DNA of 62,990 bases, the filler included. It is 15 parts of 15 records of this genome, joined end to end, with 100 filler letters (N's around TTAATTAATTAA, not from the genome) between each part and the next. Parts side by side here need not be neighbours in the genome. Positions count along the whole stretch, not along the records: positions 44,692 to 50,377 come from SRR9188676_3575; positions 50,478 to 54,665 come from SRR9188676_3587; positions 54,766 to 57,572 come from SRR9188676_3592; positions 57,673 to 60,721 come from SRR9188676_3619; 11 more parts are not named here. One strand, 5' to 3'. The notes below the pieces were generated by a model. That model was not told the DNA's origin. It was given only the letters and a program-made list of their open reading frames with translations, and made no database searches. Every line of letters begins with the position of its first letter. The first letter of the stretch is position 1. The translations under genes were made by a program, and so were the position numbers. Shown here piece after piece: positions 45,641-58,113 of this stretch.

Positions 45641-47365
45641 ATGAATCGGCAGAATGAGGACCTTACGCTCTTTGATTATCTCGCAAGGTTTCCTCCAACT
45701 TCTCTGGATCGATTATGGAACAATCCATGGGCATGTCAGTGTGTGCTCCGTTCTCTTTCTTCCGTCGCAAAGCAATATGTACTCCGCCTCTTCTTCATCG
45801 ATGCACCCACCACCTGGAAATCCATAGATGGCGGCATAAAACCGAGTTCGCATGAAGATGAACAGGACAATATTAAGACTCAAGCTCGTCAGCGCCTGTT
45901 TGACCTTCGGATCATCATCGATGCCTCAGCACCAGGACAAGGCTCGAATGCTACCACTATACTCTTGGATGATGCAAGGATCCGAATCAACAAAGGCTTT
46001 CAAACACAATTGCAAAACGCTGTTATGTCTGGAGATCTTTCTCCCTTCAAAGCAACGAAAACTTTGCTCAAAATTGGACCTTCAGATCTCGAGGATTTCT
46101 CCTTGAGACAATGGGAAAAAATTCTTCATTTTATTGCAGGATCTTCCGAACTTCTTCCCTCACCATCTGTCATCGATCTGATTGTGAACTGTGACCTCAT
46201 GCGGCCCGAGGGGGAGGACGGTCTGCGCATCAGTGATCGAGGTTTTCAGTTTTTGTTGAAGGACGTGTACTATCAGGTGTGGACATTTGTGCTATTGCTC
46301 ATGAATTCTCTTGCTGTTGAACAAGAAAAGAAAGAAGCTGTGGTCATTTTCCTCTTTGAATTGGCATTCGCTCAATTTGGAGAGGCCTATTCTGTGGAAC
46401 GCTTATCTGGCCTGCAAAAGGACTTGCTTCCTCAGTTTAGAGAAATCGGACTCATCTATCAGCCAGATGAAGATAATAAGATATTTTTCCCAACTCGATT
46501 AGCACTGAACCTGGCGATCCAAGCCAGCGGGTCGACTCAAGACACGGACCTGCTAAGTGCCGATGCTCCTGTGAACGCTGGCTCTGGCTATGTGGTCATT
46601 GAAACCAACTTCCGAGTATATGCATATACACAGTCTCAGCTTCAGGTACATCCACATTCATGTTTCTTGTTGAACCCCCCCCACCCCCCTCCCCCATTTC
46701 TTATGCTTCTCTCCTTCTATACTTGTAGATTGTGCTTCTTTCCATGTTTGTCAAGCTTTTGTATCGTCTCCCGAACATGACTGTGGGGATCATCACTCGC
46801 GACTCTGTGCGGTCTGCATTGACTTGTGGTATCACGGCCGAGCAGATGGTCACCTTTCTGCGAGATCATTCTCATCCTCAGGTATCATATGATGATTTTC
46901 TCCCTGTCTCCCTCTTTCTTTCCTTTTCTTTCCTTTTTCTCATTTTCTTCTCTTCCTAGATGTTGCTCTCGTTCTGTTGATTTTCTCACTTGTGATAATC
47001 GCTTCACTCTTCTCCGTTCCAAGCATTTTCACCTATCAGGTTTTCAACTATGTCTCACACCGAATATTTCTCTTTGATTTCATTTCTTTCAGTCCCTTGA
47101 TAAAAGGGTCAATCCATTGCCAGAGAACGTCGCTGACCAGATTTATCTATGGGAGCGTGAACGAGCGCGTGTGCAGACACAGCCCTCCATTTTGTACGAT
47201 CACTTCCCGAATCCCGAGCTTTTCAAGCGCGTAAGGCAATATGCTCAAGATCTGAATGTATGCCTCTGGTTCAACGATGAAAAGAGAATGCTGTGCGTCC
47301 GAGATGATGCTCATGCAACTATCAGGGACTTCATTAAAAGCCTCTCGACAAAGCCCCGAGAATAA
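45641..47365 (+). CDS. TFB2: TFIIH subunit p52/Tfb2 (GTF2H4); exons 45641-46645, 46729-46881, 47093-47365
   Basis: LRSLSSVAKQYVLRL, ISDRGFQFLL, FFPTRLA, VIETNFRVYAYT, ITRDSVRSALTCGITAEQMVTFL and LPENVADQIYLWERERAR. Complete from ATG to stop with two GT-AG introns. Confidence 0.96.
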
Positions 47366-48314
47366 AAAAAAAATCTCAGCAATATATTCGATGAGGGGAT
47401 ATGTGATGTTTGTCACTGAGGGGATATGTGATGTTTGTCACTGCAGAGGGACGAGAGGGACTACCGCTCTCTTGTTCTCTTCGTCGCTCTTCTTCTGGCT
47501 CGCTGGGGTATTTGGAGTTCAAGGGTCAGTAACTCCATGGAGACACACACCTCCGAATGCATTTGGGCAAATGTCCAAATGGACTGTCCGAATGCCCGAA
47601 TTAAACGAAAATAAATTGGCTTCACTCCGAGTAGCTCCATGGACCCTTGGGATGTTGCCCCCTGGTCTTCAGGAACCCGAGCGCAGAACGCATGTAAAAA
47701 GGAACGAGCAGCAACGGACTCCGAGTACTCATAAATTCTATCGCATTCTTCCGCGGACGCGGCCCAGGTTCCGAAAGAGAATATTACCTTGATCACCTGT
47801 ATGACCTGGAAAACGAGCAATCAGGAAAGCTGACTCACAATAAATCAATGAAAATGTCATATTTTTATGTTACAGAGATTCTCAAGACCGATGCAAGGAG
47901 TTCTTGTCAGTTATTGTTCATCAATTGCTAATGGATGAGTGATGGACGTGAGTGACCACTCTTTTGACTCTCATTTCTTCTTTCAGAATAATAATCCTTC
48001 TGAGTGTACATATATAAGCGTGTTACATGAGTTTTCTTGTGTGTCATCTTGGTATTGTTCAGCATCGCATCGGGAGTCTCCGAATAGTTCTTCTTCTGAC
48101 AAGAGAAGAATCGAGATCGATCAAAACGTGAACAGGAGATGCATATCAGCAGATATATTCCTGATTCCTGTTCGTTAGTAGCGGGTCTCAAAACTCGGCG
48201 GTGAAGTTCGGGGATGGACTCAGCATCTTCTCTCCCCGACTGCCATCTGTGATGTCACTCCCAATCGCTGGAATGGATTTTGTCTGAGTATTTCTCTCAG
48301 TATAGGCTTCAAGA

Positions 48315-49716
48315 ATGCTAGGAGGACCGAATCCTGGCTGGAACAATATAGCCCATGTGGTATTTGATGGGGTTCCGCTTGTAGCTTATGCATCAGGCTC
48401 CACCCTGGTGATTACATCTCGACTTAGTCTCCAGCCCTTGCAAGTCATCCCATTTCCGCTCTCAACTGAGAATACGAATGATTGTAAAACACAGCGAATA
48501 TGTGCAGTTGACTGGTGTCTAAATGGAGAGCTGGCTGTTGCATGTGGCAAGCAGGTGGTTATCCTCTGCCCATTCTGGCGCTCTCATACCCATAGTTCTC
48601 TCACCTTTGCATCAACCTGCCCCTATGAGTGGAACATATCTTTCATGATGGCCATTGATGAGCCGATCCTGTCTCTCTCATGGTCAGGCCTGGGTCACGA
48701 TCTTGCTGTGGGCACCACTAAGGCCCTGTACCTACTGCAGCATAATCTGGAAGATAGTGATGAAAATGACTCTGAATGGAAGAAGTCTCTTATTGAGTAT
48801 ATTGACCATCCTTGTGAACAAGTCAGCTTTTCCTCTGATGGGCGCTTTTGTGCCGTACTCGGTGCACTTGATCAGCTGGTCACAGTCTACGATATATTAC
48901 ACAAAAGCGAGAACGGAACCTACACATTTGAGTTTCTTCCACATCCAGCGACTGTTATTTGCCTGAAATGGCTACCTGGATTCCGCACGAAAAACTACCT
49001 TGCCACGCTGTGCCGTGATGGCAATCTACGGCTGTGGGCCGAGACATCCGGGGACAATGCACATAGTTCCCAGCTGAGCTTGTGCTGCTCCATACAAGTA
49101 GAGCCAAACATTTCATCGGCACCCTCTATGAATTGGGTTGTGTGCGAACGGACTTCCCCTTATCGGGCCAAAAGGCGTCATGCACAAGCAGACCACTCCG
49201 CAATCCTACCATCCACCATCACAACTTCTCGCCAATTTCAATTCTTTCAGCAAGTGAGCTTTGTAACACACTCTGATGCGACGCAAGAGTGGATCACTGT
49301 CGCGTTCCCCTCGGGAGATATTCTTGTGTTTAGTGTGGACGGACTGCACCAGCCAGCTGCGAACGCCATCACACTCCGGCCATGCCTCAAGTCCACCACC
49401 CCGACCACCCGCTCCCACGTCTGCAGTGACAGTTCTGAGCTAACCGCGAGTATCATCCCCATCACATTCCAAGTATCAGCCATTCTACCCCCTCCCCCCT
49501 CCGTGGACGGCCCTAGGCAGCTAACGCTGTTAGTCCATTCGGGCGCCAAGTATCTGGTCAATCCAACCACTGACAGACATGATGATTCCTCTTCCTCTGA
49601 GCCCGAGTATGCGAACCTAGGTGGCACATTGCTTGTAATGCAGCTGCCGTTCCAGCCGTCCAGCCACAAGCCCACGGGCTGGGCCCCATCCACACGTGAC
49701 TCCGAGGACATGACCG
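48315..49716 (+). CDS. Rav1/DMXL (rabconnectin-3 alpha)-like WD40 protein, N-terminal exon; truncated
   Basis: GGPNPG...LVAYASGSTLVI...LQVIP and FEFLPHPATVICLKW...LATLCRDGNLRLWAET follow the Rav1/DmX N-terminal pattern. Confidence 0.75.
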
Positions 49717-50908
49717 GTACGTGCTTCTGCCCTCATAGTGCGCGTGCGCTCCCATTAGATCTGCTACCTCCTATTTTGACTTGAAATGTTCACAATGTAC
49801 AGATGACTCTCGGTTCCTACAGATACGATACTTTTCTCTTTTCTCCGAAATCTCCAAAGGAACCTGAGGATCCATTGATGTGTAAGATCCGAGAGTCGAC
49901 TGATACTTCTTTATCTCCATCTCTTTCTGATTTCCTTTCATTTTTTTCTCTCTCTCCTTTCTTTGTTTCCCTCGGCTATGGAATATTGAATGGGAGAAAA
50001 GATTGAGAAAGATATTGAAGTGATCCTTACTCACACGTAATGGATTGTTTAGTTCTTTGTCAGCCATTATCATCCATTCAGGTGTGTGCTTTAATGCCAG
50101 TATCATCGATACACCACATATTTATGACCCCAAAGGAGAAATCGCAGCCAACCAAGAGCATTTCAAAAAACCACAGACGATTGCTAGCATATCACGACCC
50201 AATCTCTTGAGGCCATGAGCCCGACGATTAATGAAACCCCCCCTATATAATATGGCTCAGGTCCAATCATTTTCCAGGAAAGGAATGCTTTCGAGAAAGC
50301 TCGCCTCAGGGGCCTAGACCTAGTGCGTAACCTTTTTATTCATTTATTGAGAGCAAGGATCGAATCGATTTCATGGANNNNNNNNNNNNNNNNNNNNNNN
50401 NNNNNNNNNNNNNNNNNNNNNTTAATTAATTAANNNNNNNNNNNNNNNNNNNNNNNNNNNNNNNNNNNNNNNNNNNNGAGAGAGAGAGAGAGAGAGATGG
50501 GGGGGGAGGGAGAGAGTAACGATGAGTAGCTGCGTGGTCCGTTGCAGAAATACAAACAGAGTGCCGGTAGAATTCACCTTTCGGAATTGCACCTGGTCCG
50601 AGCCTGCATTCTCCTTCAAGCCTCTCCGAAAACCTAAGGAGAATGCAGGCTTTTATCTTACCCTGTGCAAGTCCGGACAGCGAGCGCGTTTCGGGCAACA
50701 TAGTATCCAACGCGTATGCACTGTATGTATTGCTTCGGAGAATCTGCTTCTCATTCATTTCATTTCATTCCATTTCATTACCCGCACTCAGTAATTGTGC
50801 GTGTGGGGTGAGCATCCCTGCTTTCTGCTTTGTTTTCATGACGACGAAATCCATGTTAGATCTCGATTGATAATCTTTACTTTTGTGTGATTTTTTTTTT
50901 GCAGCAGG

Positions 50909-53900
50909 CGTATACCCTCCCTACCCTGGCGCCCCGAATCCCCTGGGGGGTATGTATCCACCCGGGGTGTGGAACCCCATGGCCCAAAATCTACCCCCCC
51001 ATCCCGGGATGCCCTACCCTGTATGTTTCTTCACATATACCAAAGTAAATGCAGCATATGTGCGTCGAAAACCACAATATTGGCTCGAGACAAAGATTAT
51101 ATTTCAGTGGGTTGTGGCCGCGTGGATGAATGCTATCACGAAGGATGTCCTCATTACTTGCACAAATAATTTCACCAGATCTATTTCTCATAACAGTACG
51201 AACAATTTCTATGGAAGAAGTGTGTTCAGATATCCATTCGATCCATTAGATACATTGGATCCATTCATCCTCATTTTTCCATTTTTTACCGGATGATCCA
51301 AGCTCTACGAATAGCTGGAGATGATAACATACTTCAGGGCAGTGAAGTCCCAGGGTGCATGGACTCTTGGAGAAAGGATAGTCTTCGAGTGCAGTCTGAT
51401 AAAACTGGAAGTTCTTTTTGTTCGAGAATCCCGAATCTTGCTATTCTTTCTGTTGGCTTTCAAGGTTAATTTTCTCCCGGAGGAGTTTTTGAGGAGCCTT
51501 CTGCTCCACTCCTCCTGAATGGAGATTTGTCAGGAATCGAGGTTCTGTGTGTATGTGTGTATGTGTGATGTGCGATATCAATAAATCTCGTGTGTGCCCT
51601 AGTTTACATACTCTGAGTTGCATCTGAGGACGCATTGAGCCCTAGGGACTACATAATCTTCATTCAGAGCTCCTCATCTATCTTCCTATCTGATCGGCTT
51701 GCACTCGCGCTCAGGGGATTTATGGTCTGCCCTTACATGCTTATGTGATGCCATTCTTATTCTATTCTTTATATGCTCAACAAGAATGTCTTTTTTTTTC
51801 TCAGGCAGGCACTTGTCTACCATGTTGTGGGTGTCACGTTCATTGTTTAGTGTGCCGCTCCTTATGGCATACGGTGTTTGATGTGTGGTAGTGCTTCTCT
51901 GCTTCTCGAAAGAAAGAGCAGGCATTCTCCCTCGCACATAGAATGAACTCACTGATATCACCTGCCCCAAAAGGTTTTCCCGTACTTACCGATCTGCTCT
52001 CTATCTCTTTTTTCTGTTTTTATTTAGTATGGAAGTCAGTATCCTGGCATGCCTCCTCAGCCTTATATGCCATACCCCCCTTTTGGGGCGAATCCATATG
52101 GGGGAAACCCGTATCCCCCCAACATGATGAACCCTTACGCCAACCCTTTCCACCCCATGCAGCCCACGAACCCCATGCTTCAGAGTGAGTATTCATGAGT
52201 ATTCATGATATTTTCAATCCATTTTTTCAAACCTTTTCTCGACCATCCTTGATTTCACGCCATTTTCCTCCCACGCCAGTTCCCCTCCCGCCATCTCTAC
52301 TGATACATTAGAATACCCTAATCTCGCAATTTTTCTCGTGACTCATAGTGGGCATGGGCGGTATGGGTGGTATGCCTCCCTATCCCGGGGCTCTCCCACC
52401 CCCTGCCTTCCCCGGTGCGCACACCCCGATGCCAGGGAATGACGAGCTCAAGCAACAAGAGCTGGAGAACAAAGCTTTGGAGGAAAAGCTCAAGAAAGCC
52501 GAGGTATGCATTCATTTCATTCTTTTAAACCACATATGGATACTGAGCATCCGTTGATTGTTCGCCTTCTCATGGGATTTCCATCATTTTGCGATCTCGT
52601 GCGATCAGCTTGACTGACGACATTTCTCTTCGATATCTCTCTGAACGACACTGAGAATGATACTGATGCACAAACTTGGAATACCGAGAGATGATAAGTT
52701 GGTTTATTTTCTTCCAAGAAGATGAGGAAGATTTTAGAAGTATCTATGAGTAATAAATTAGCGAATAATGTACAGGAGTTATTTTTCGAGTCATTGGTCC
52801 ATTTCCATATCATCTTCGAATTCTAGCATGCGGGATGGCTCAAATTCGGCTTCCATATCGTCCTGGCCTTGGCTTGCGTCAGACTCAACAGGCTCATCTT
52901 CGGCCTAAGAACAAAGAAATGAGATTTTGAATCAAAAACGAGAAGGAGCATAGTATGTTCGTATGGAATCTGCGATTTCTTACCACAAATTCGTCATCGC
53001 TTTCGGAAGCAGTGTTCATTAGGCCGATCGGCTGATTGACTGGCTCCGCGCCTCGAATCGCTCGGATCTGCCCAAAAATTCGATAAGAACTTGCGTCCAT
53101 GACTCAAATAGTGCACAACTGACCTTTTCTTCGAGCTCGTGCTCCATCATAGCTAGGCGAGCATCTTCATGGGTGCGTGAATCAGGGAACCAGTCCTCCT
53201 CCTGAGAGATTCATTCAATTTTTGAGCATCAGGGATTCATACAATGCATAATAACTCGGATTTCTTACCACGACGCGAGACATTAACGAAGGTCCACACC
53301 AATAGTCCATTTGGTTTGCTTGTTTTTCTTGCGATCAAAATGTGCGAATGTTACCAAATTTGGAACATCTGGCGTCAAATAGATTCTTCTAGTTCTAGAT
53401 GGGGATCGAACATTCCATGCGTCAACGGATTCTACTCAGTTTTTTTCGTGCTGTATGTTGTTGCCTCACCGCATGCGGGATAAGCCTTCAAAAATCATCG
53501 GCGTCTCTAGAAAAAGACGTTCTGAAAGATGACAAGCAGATATTAAAGAGTCAATAAGGTCATGGGCTCGGATTTTTTGTCGTTCGAAAGGGAATGTTTG
53601 TAAAATCATCATTCTCCCATCGCATCGAATGGGGGGCGACTCAGCTCAGCATCTAATGGGATTTGATTGATCCTGATATTTTACTTCATGGTAATTTTGT
53701 ACTTTTACGATGTTTTCTGTAATAAATTTATGCTGGAAGACTTTCCAAACAAGCTTTTAAGAGCGATCAGGATGACTTCCTGATTATCATTTGCTGTACT
53801 AGTTGTCAATTACGGCTCGGTCCACGCGAAATTTAATAAAATATCTATTTAAAGTAGTATTATATCGTAATAATTGAGTTTGTTGTCTCAAAATATCAGC

Positions 53901-54617
53901 CAAGGAGAGATGTCACCATCATGCTCCCGAAGTGACAATCGGACAATTTGGAGGACAATTTTGCTGAAGTTGTACCAATCTAAATAGCTGACTCTGAGTA
54001 CATCCTGGAGATATTTCTCAAGAATGAGTACGAATCTTGCGATTATGAGAAAATCTCGTGAGGGGGAAAACCATGCCTCCGTCTATGTCGGAGATGAGTT
54101 TCAAAAAGATCGTAGACTCATAAAATCTCCACTTCGTCTTATTGTCATCACAGACTATGATCTGCACCAACTCTTGGACTTAACAATAAGTCCTCTACGA
54201 CAACATCCTTTCAGCTATCGCTCGCTCAGGTCCAGGGGTAAAATCGAAGACGAGGCACCCAGGGTATGATCAGTAGTCAGTACGGAAAATCGAACTCTTC
54301 CTCTGAACGCGTTTCTTCTATCTGTTACCGGAGAGGATATGATGATTCATTTTATTTCGGGGAAAAACAAAGCACTCTCTCAATCCTTAGGAAGCAGAAT
54401 ACTCCCTCCATTTCAAGAAACATTCAACAATAATGACCTATTTTCCGGCTTCAGTGTACACTTAATTTTCTCCGGCCATCCTCTGGTGATGCTACTGTAG
54501 GAGGAGGAAGCCACGCGTGCGCTAGAGAAGCAGGCCGCCGCCCTGCAGAAGCAGTTGCAGAAGATCACATCAGTCATCGACAAGGATGAGCATGCTCGAA
54601 CCACAGACCCATCAAAG
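50909..54617 (+). CDS. Pro/Gly/Tyr/Met-rich plus coiled-coil protein, internal exons at about 50909-51020, 52028-52185, 52350-52503, 54501-54617
   Basis: Compositionally matching exons (YPPYPGAPNP, YGSQYPGMPPQ, GMGGMGGMPPYPG...LEEKLKKAE, EEEATRALEKQAAALQKQL) bounded by AG/GT. Confidence 0.6.
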
Positions 54618-54766
54618 GTGAGCTCGTGAGCACAGCTTCGCTCTCTCTCTCTCTCTCTCTCTCTCNNNNNNNNNNNNNNNNNNNNNNNNNNNNNNNNNNN
54701 NNNNNNNNNTTAATTAATTAANNNNNNNNNNNNNNNNNNNNNNNNNNNNNNNNNNNNNNNNNNNNT

Positions 54767-56161
54767 ATGGGTATGGGTATGGGTCTGGGTATGGGGCAAA
54801 ATTATAACCAGAATCCAAAAATGAGCTACAGTCAGAATCAAAATGAGAATTCATTCCTTAATTCCACGCCAGGACTAAGCACTGCTATGGGTATGGGTAT
54901 GGGTATGGGTGGGTCCAAGTATAATACTAGTACAGGACAAGAGGACTTACTAGACGCACAGGAAATTCTGTCCTCCGTTCGCAATAACAACAATAACCCT
55001 GTCGATAGGAATACTGGGTCAGGGCTACCATGGGCCAATCAGAACTATGATTCTCACTATCGACATGGAACAGAAAATGACGATGAACATCAGGCGACTC
55101 GGCAGCCCTCGGCACGCAGAAATTCTAGTTCCTCCGCAGGGTCAGGACATTCACATTCACGTTCACAATACCCCCCTACCACCAACAATAATAGGACTGC
55201 AGCACAGAAACCCATAGATAGAGACAGAGATAGTCGATCACCCTCTCTACACTCTGACCATGAAAATCACCCCACTTATCACCCTAATGATGATGATGAA
55301 GATGATGATGATGAGAGGAGGAGCCGTTACAATACAGACTTTGACAACAATGGCTATAGTCATACTGCTCTGAAAACTAATAATGCATCCACACCAGCAG
55401 CACCAGGATCCCAGCAGCAGTATTCCCAATCCCGTGCTGCACGCGCCACGCCATCCCCCACACCCTCTGCCGCGTCCAGCACACGTCGCGCCAGTCCAAA
55501 CCCAAATCCAAATCCAAACCCTGATTCTAATCCGAATACCGATCCAAATCAGAATCCTAGTCAGAATCTTGTCAGAACTGCGAGTAATGGGAATGGGGGA
55601 TCCTCCTCACGATCCCAAATTCCTCAAAAGCAAGCTATTTTTACACCTTCCCAAGCAGAACCATCATTCCCAGGACCCTTACCACGGTCAGCAGCATTGA
55701 ACAATCCAGCAATGGTGGGGCTCGATTCACTCAGCGCTTCTTTGGATCCCAATGATGCAACTGGGGGAGCTGATCATCTCAATCTAACTGATGCAACTGA
55801 TGATTTGCACGCATCTCGGGCCACGTTACCAGGCGATCCAGCCATTCATGATGATGGTGATAATAATGAGCATGTTGATGATGACGATCACCATGACCAA
55901 ATGAACACTCCTGGACTTAATCAAGAGAGTGCTGAGAGAGGGGGTGGTGTTAATGGTGCAGGAAAGTACCGATATGATGATGATCAAAATGGGGGTGCAA
56001 CTGTAGGCACAACAGGGTTTCTAGGTCCTGATACACTACTAGGTGCTACTACAACAGGCGTGGTTGGTCATGATGTTTCTGCTACTCAGGAGAATGATGT
56101 AGATGCGACTCTTGATGGTCCATTGGATACCACTTTGGATTATGATGATGCTAATAGTTGA
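54767..56161 (+). CDS. C-terminal part of a large low-complexity, probably disordered protein
   Basis: 464-codon open frame starting at the contig edge, with MG, NP and poly-D repeats. Confidence 0.65.
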   Translation: MGMGMGLGMGQNYNQNPKMSYSQNQNENSFLNSTPGLSTAMGMGMGMGGSKYNTSTGQEDLLDAQEILSSVRNNNNNPVDRNTGSGLPWANQNYDSHYRHGTENDDEHQATRQPSARRNSSSSAGSGHSHSRSQYPPTTNNNRTAAQKPIDRDRDSRSPSLHSDHENHPTYHPNDDDEDDDDERRSRYNTDFDNNGYSHTALKTNNASTPAAPGSQQQYSQSRAARATPSPTPSAASSTRRASPNPNPNPNPDSNPNTDPNQNPSQNLVRTASNGNGGSSSRSQIPQKQAIFTPSQAEPSFPGPLPRSAALNNPAMVGLDSLSASLDPNDATGGADHLNLTDATDDLHASRATLPGDPAIHDDGDNNEHVDDDDHHDQMNTPGLNQESAERGGGVNGAGKYRYDDDQNGGATVGTTGFLGPDTLLGATTTGVVGHDVSATQENDVDATLDGPLDTTLDYDDANS

Positions 56162-58113
56162 GGCAGAAATTGTCATGATTCGATGATAAGATCACTTCTG
56201 TCTCAATTCATGCGACTTGGAAATAAAATGTATATCATCTTCCCATTTTATTTAGTCTGTTTAGTCAGCTCCTCTTTCGCTCTCTCTCCCTTCTCTTCTC
56301 TCTTCTCACTTCAAGCGAGGCCGAGATTTCCAGTTTAGTCAATAAAATGTTGTCTAGTCCCCCGCGTGACTTCGTGGAGGGAACAAGCTAGAAGAAGCTG
56401 AGCCGAACTCTGAAAAACGAGAAAAAGCTTAGACAAGCTTCTAATCTTCTAACTTCTACCAACTTCTACAACTTCTACAAGCGTCTAAGACTGTAATGCG
56501 ATGTGCTCGCTCCTCTCAGGTAGTATAAGACGAATCCCTCGCATTCATCACATTCATCCATGTATCCATCGTCAGTCGAACAAGTTCTTGTGGTGCTGCT
56601 AGAAAAAATCGAATCGAATTTCATTTTCCAAGCAGTGACAACCGTTTGACATTTAGAAGCTCGCATGCTTCTTCGGCACCGCAGGTGGGAGCGAAAATGA
56701 TAGACATGACGTGACATTCAGGTATTCAGAAATATGTTTTTTTATTGGGAGAGGGAATGATGATGAGGATTTACCTCGGCACATAAATCCAAAACATTTC
56801 GACAGTCTGGCCTAGAAAAACGGAACATTTAGTCTAATAATGTGGGTTACAATGCGCTGCGTTATAAACTGTTCAAATCACATTCTGCGCCTGAGGTATG
56901 GTCAGAAAAGAAGCCGAGAAGGAACAATAATTTCCAGCTGGCCTTCAGTGATAATGGAGAAATAATCGTCCATAGTATAAATCCGATGACATGATGGCTG
57001 CCTGCTACTACCAATGAAATAGCGATATATCGCTCGTGCATGATCACAAGAGTGTAAGTTGGAATCAGATCAGCGAAAAAGCAAAGAACAAAATGGGCCC
57101 ACAGTAATAGGAAAGGCAGCAGCATAAAATCGATGGTCCAGGACGTGATGCGCACATGAAATGAGTAAAGAATAGGGTCAATTTGTGATTAGATAGAAGA
57201 ACAGAAGGCTGTATAATATAAAAAGAAAGTGAAGGGAAGATAAAGAGAAAGAGAGAGATGGAGAGGGATTTAGAGCATGCCATCCGCATCATCGGTGGCG
57301 TCAGTGAAGCGCTCCTTCTTGATCTTGAGCAGCACTGTGGTCTTCCAGGAGTCAAGGGGCAGGATAGAATCGAAGTCGCCAACAGCCTGAATATGGATAC
57401 AAAGATAGAGATATATTATATTGTAAGCCTTGGATCGATCAGATGATAACAATGCCTGAAATTATGCGACCTGAAATTATGCGACTGAAAATAGCTTGTA
57501 CTTCAGCTACAAAAAGCGGGAAAATAGATGACAGAAAAGAAAAAAAGAAGAAAGACTCCGTCGCTTGAAAGTNNNNNNNNNNNNNNNNNNNNNNNNNNNN
57601 NNNNNNNNNNNNNNNNTTAATTAATTAANNNNNNNNNNNNNNNNNNNNNNNNNNNNNNNNNNNNNNNNNNNNGAATTTTTGGGGTCGGACAATTCTCGAA
57701 TCAAAACCTCTTGGGGGAAAAGGTGTGCCATTTCATCAGCCAAATTGATTTGCAACGGATAAACTGGACCATTTTGAAGGGAATTGGTGGATGCCCAGTC
57801 TCGAGTGTCAGCGATGAAAATATAAAGAAAATAAGCTCATATTACCAGACTCAGGATATAATCTGATCGCGGTAGAATCATGAAAGGGTATGCAATGCTG
57901 GAAAATGGTCAATGTATTGTATTGGTGTGTGTGAGTATGGGATTTGTGCAGTGTGTGGGGTACGTGAGGTGATATCTATGTGTGTGTGTGAGAGAGAGTC
58001 GGGGTGTGAGGTGTGTGAGGTCTGTGTGATGTATTCAGAAGGATGGCACGGCCTGAAGTGTCCCAGAGGGCATAGGGCTGTGGACATGTGTGTGAAATAG
58101 CTGTCCGATGTGC

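Noticed and set aside
47393-47442. 25-bp tandem duplication after the TFB2 stop, and short tandem repeats near 56450-56480 and 57456-57490
   Set aside because: Two or three adjacent copies with no spacers; ordinary slippage duplications.
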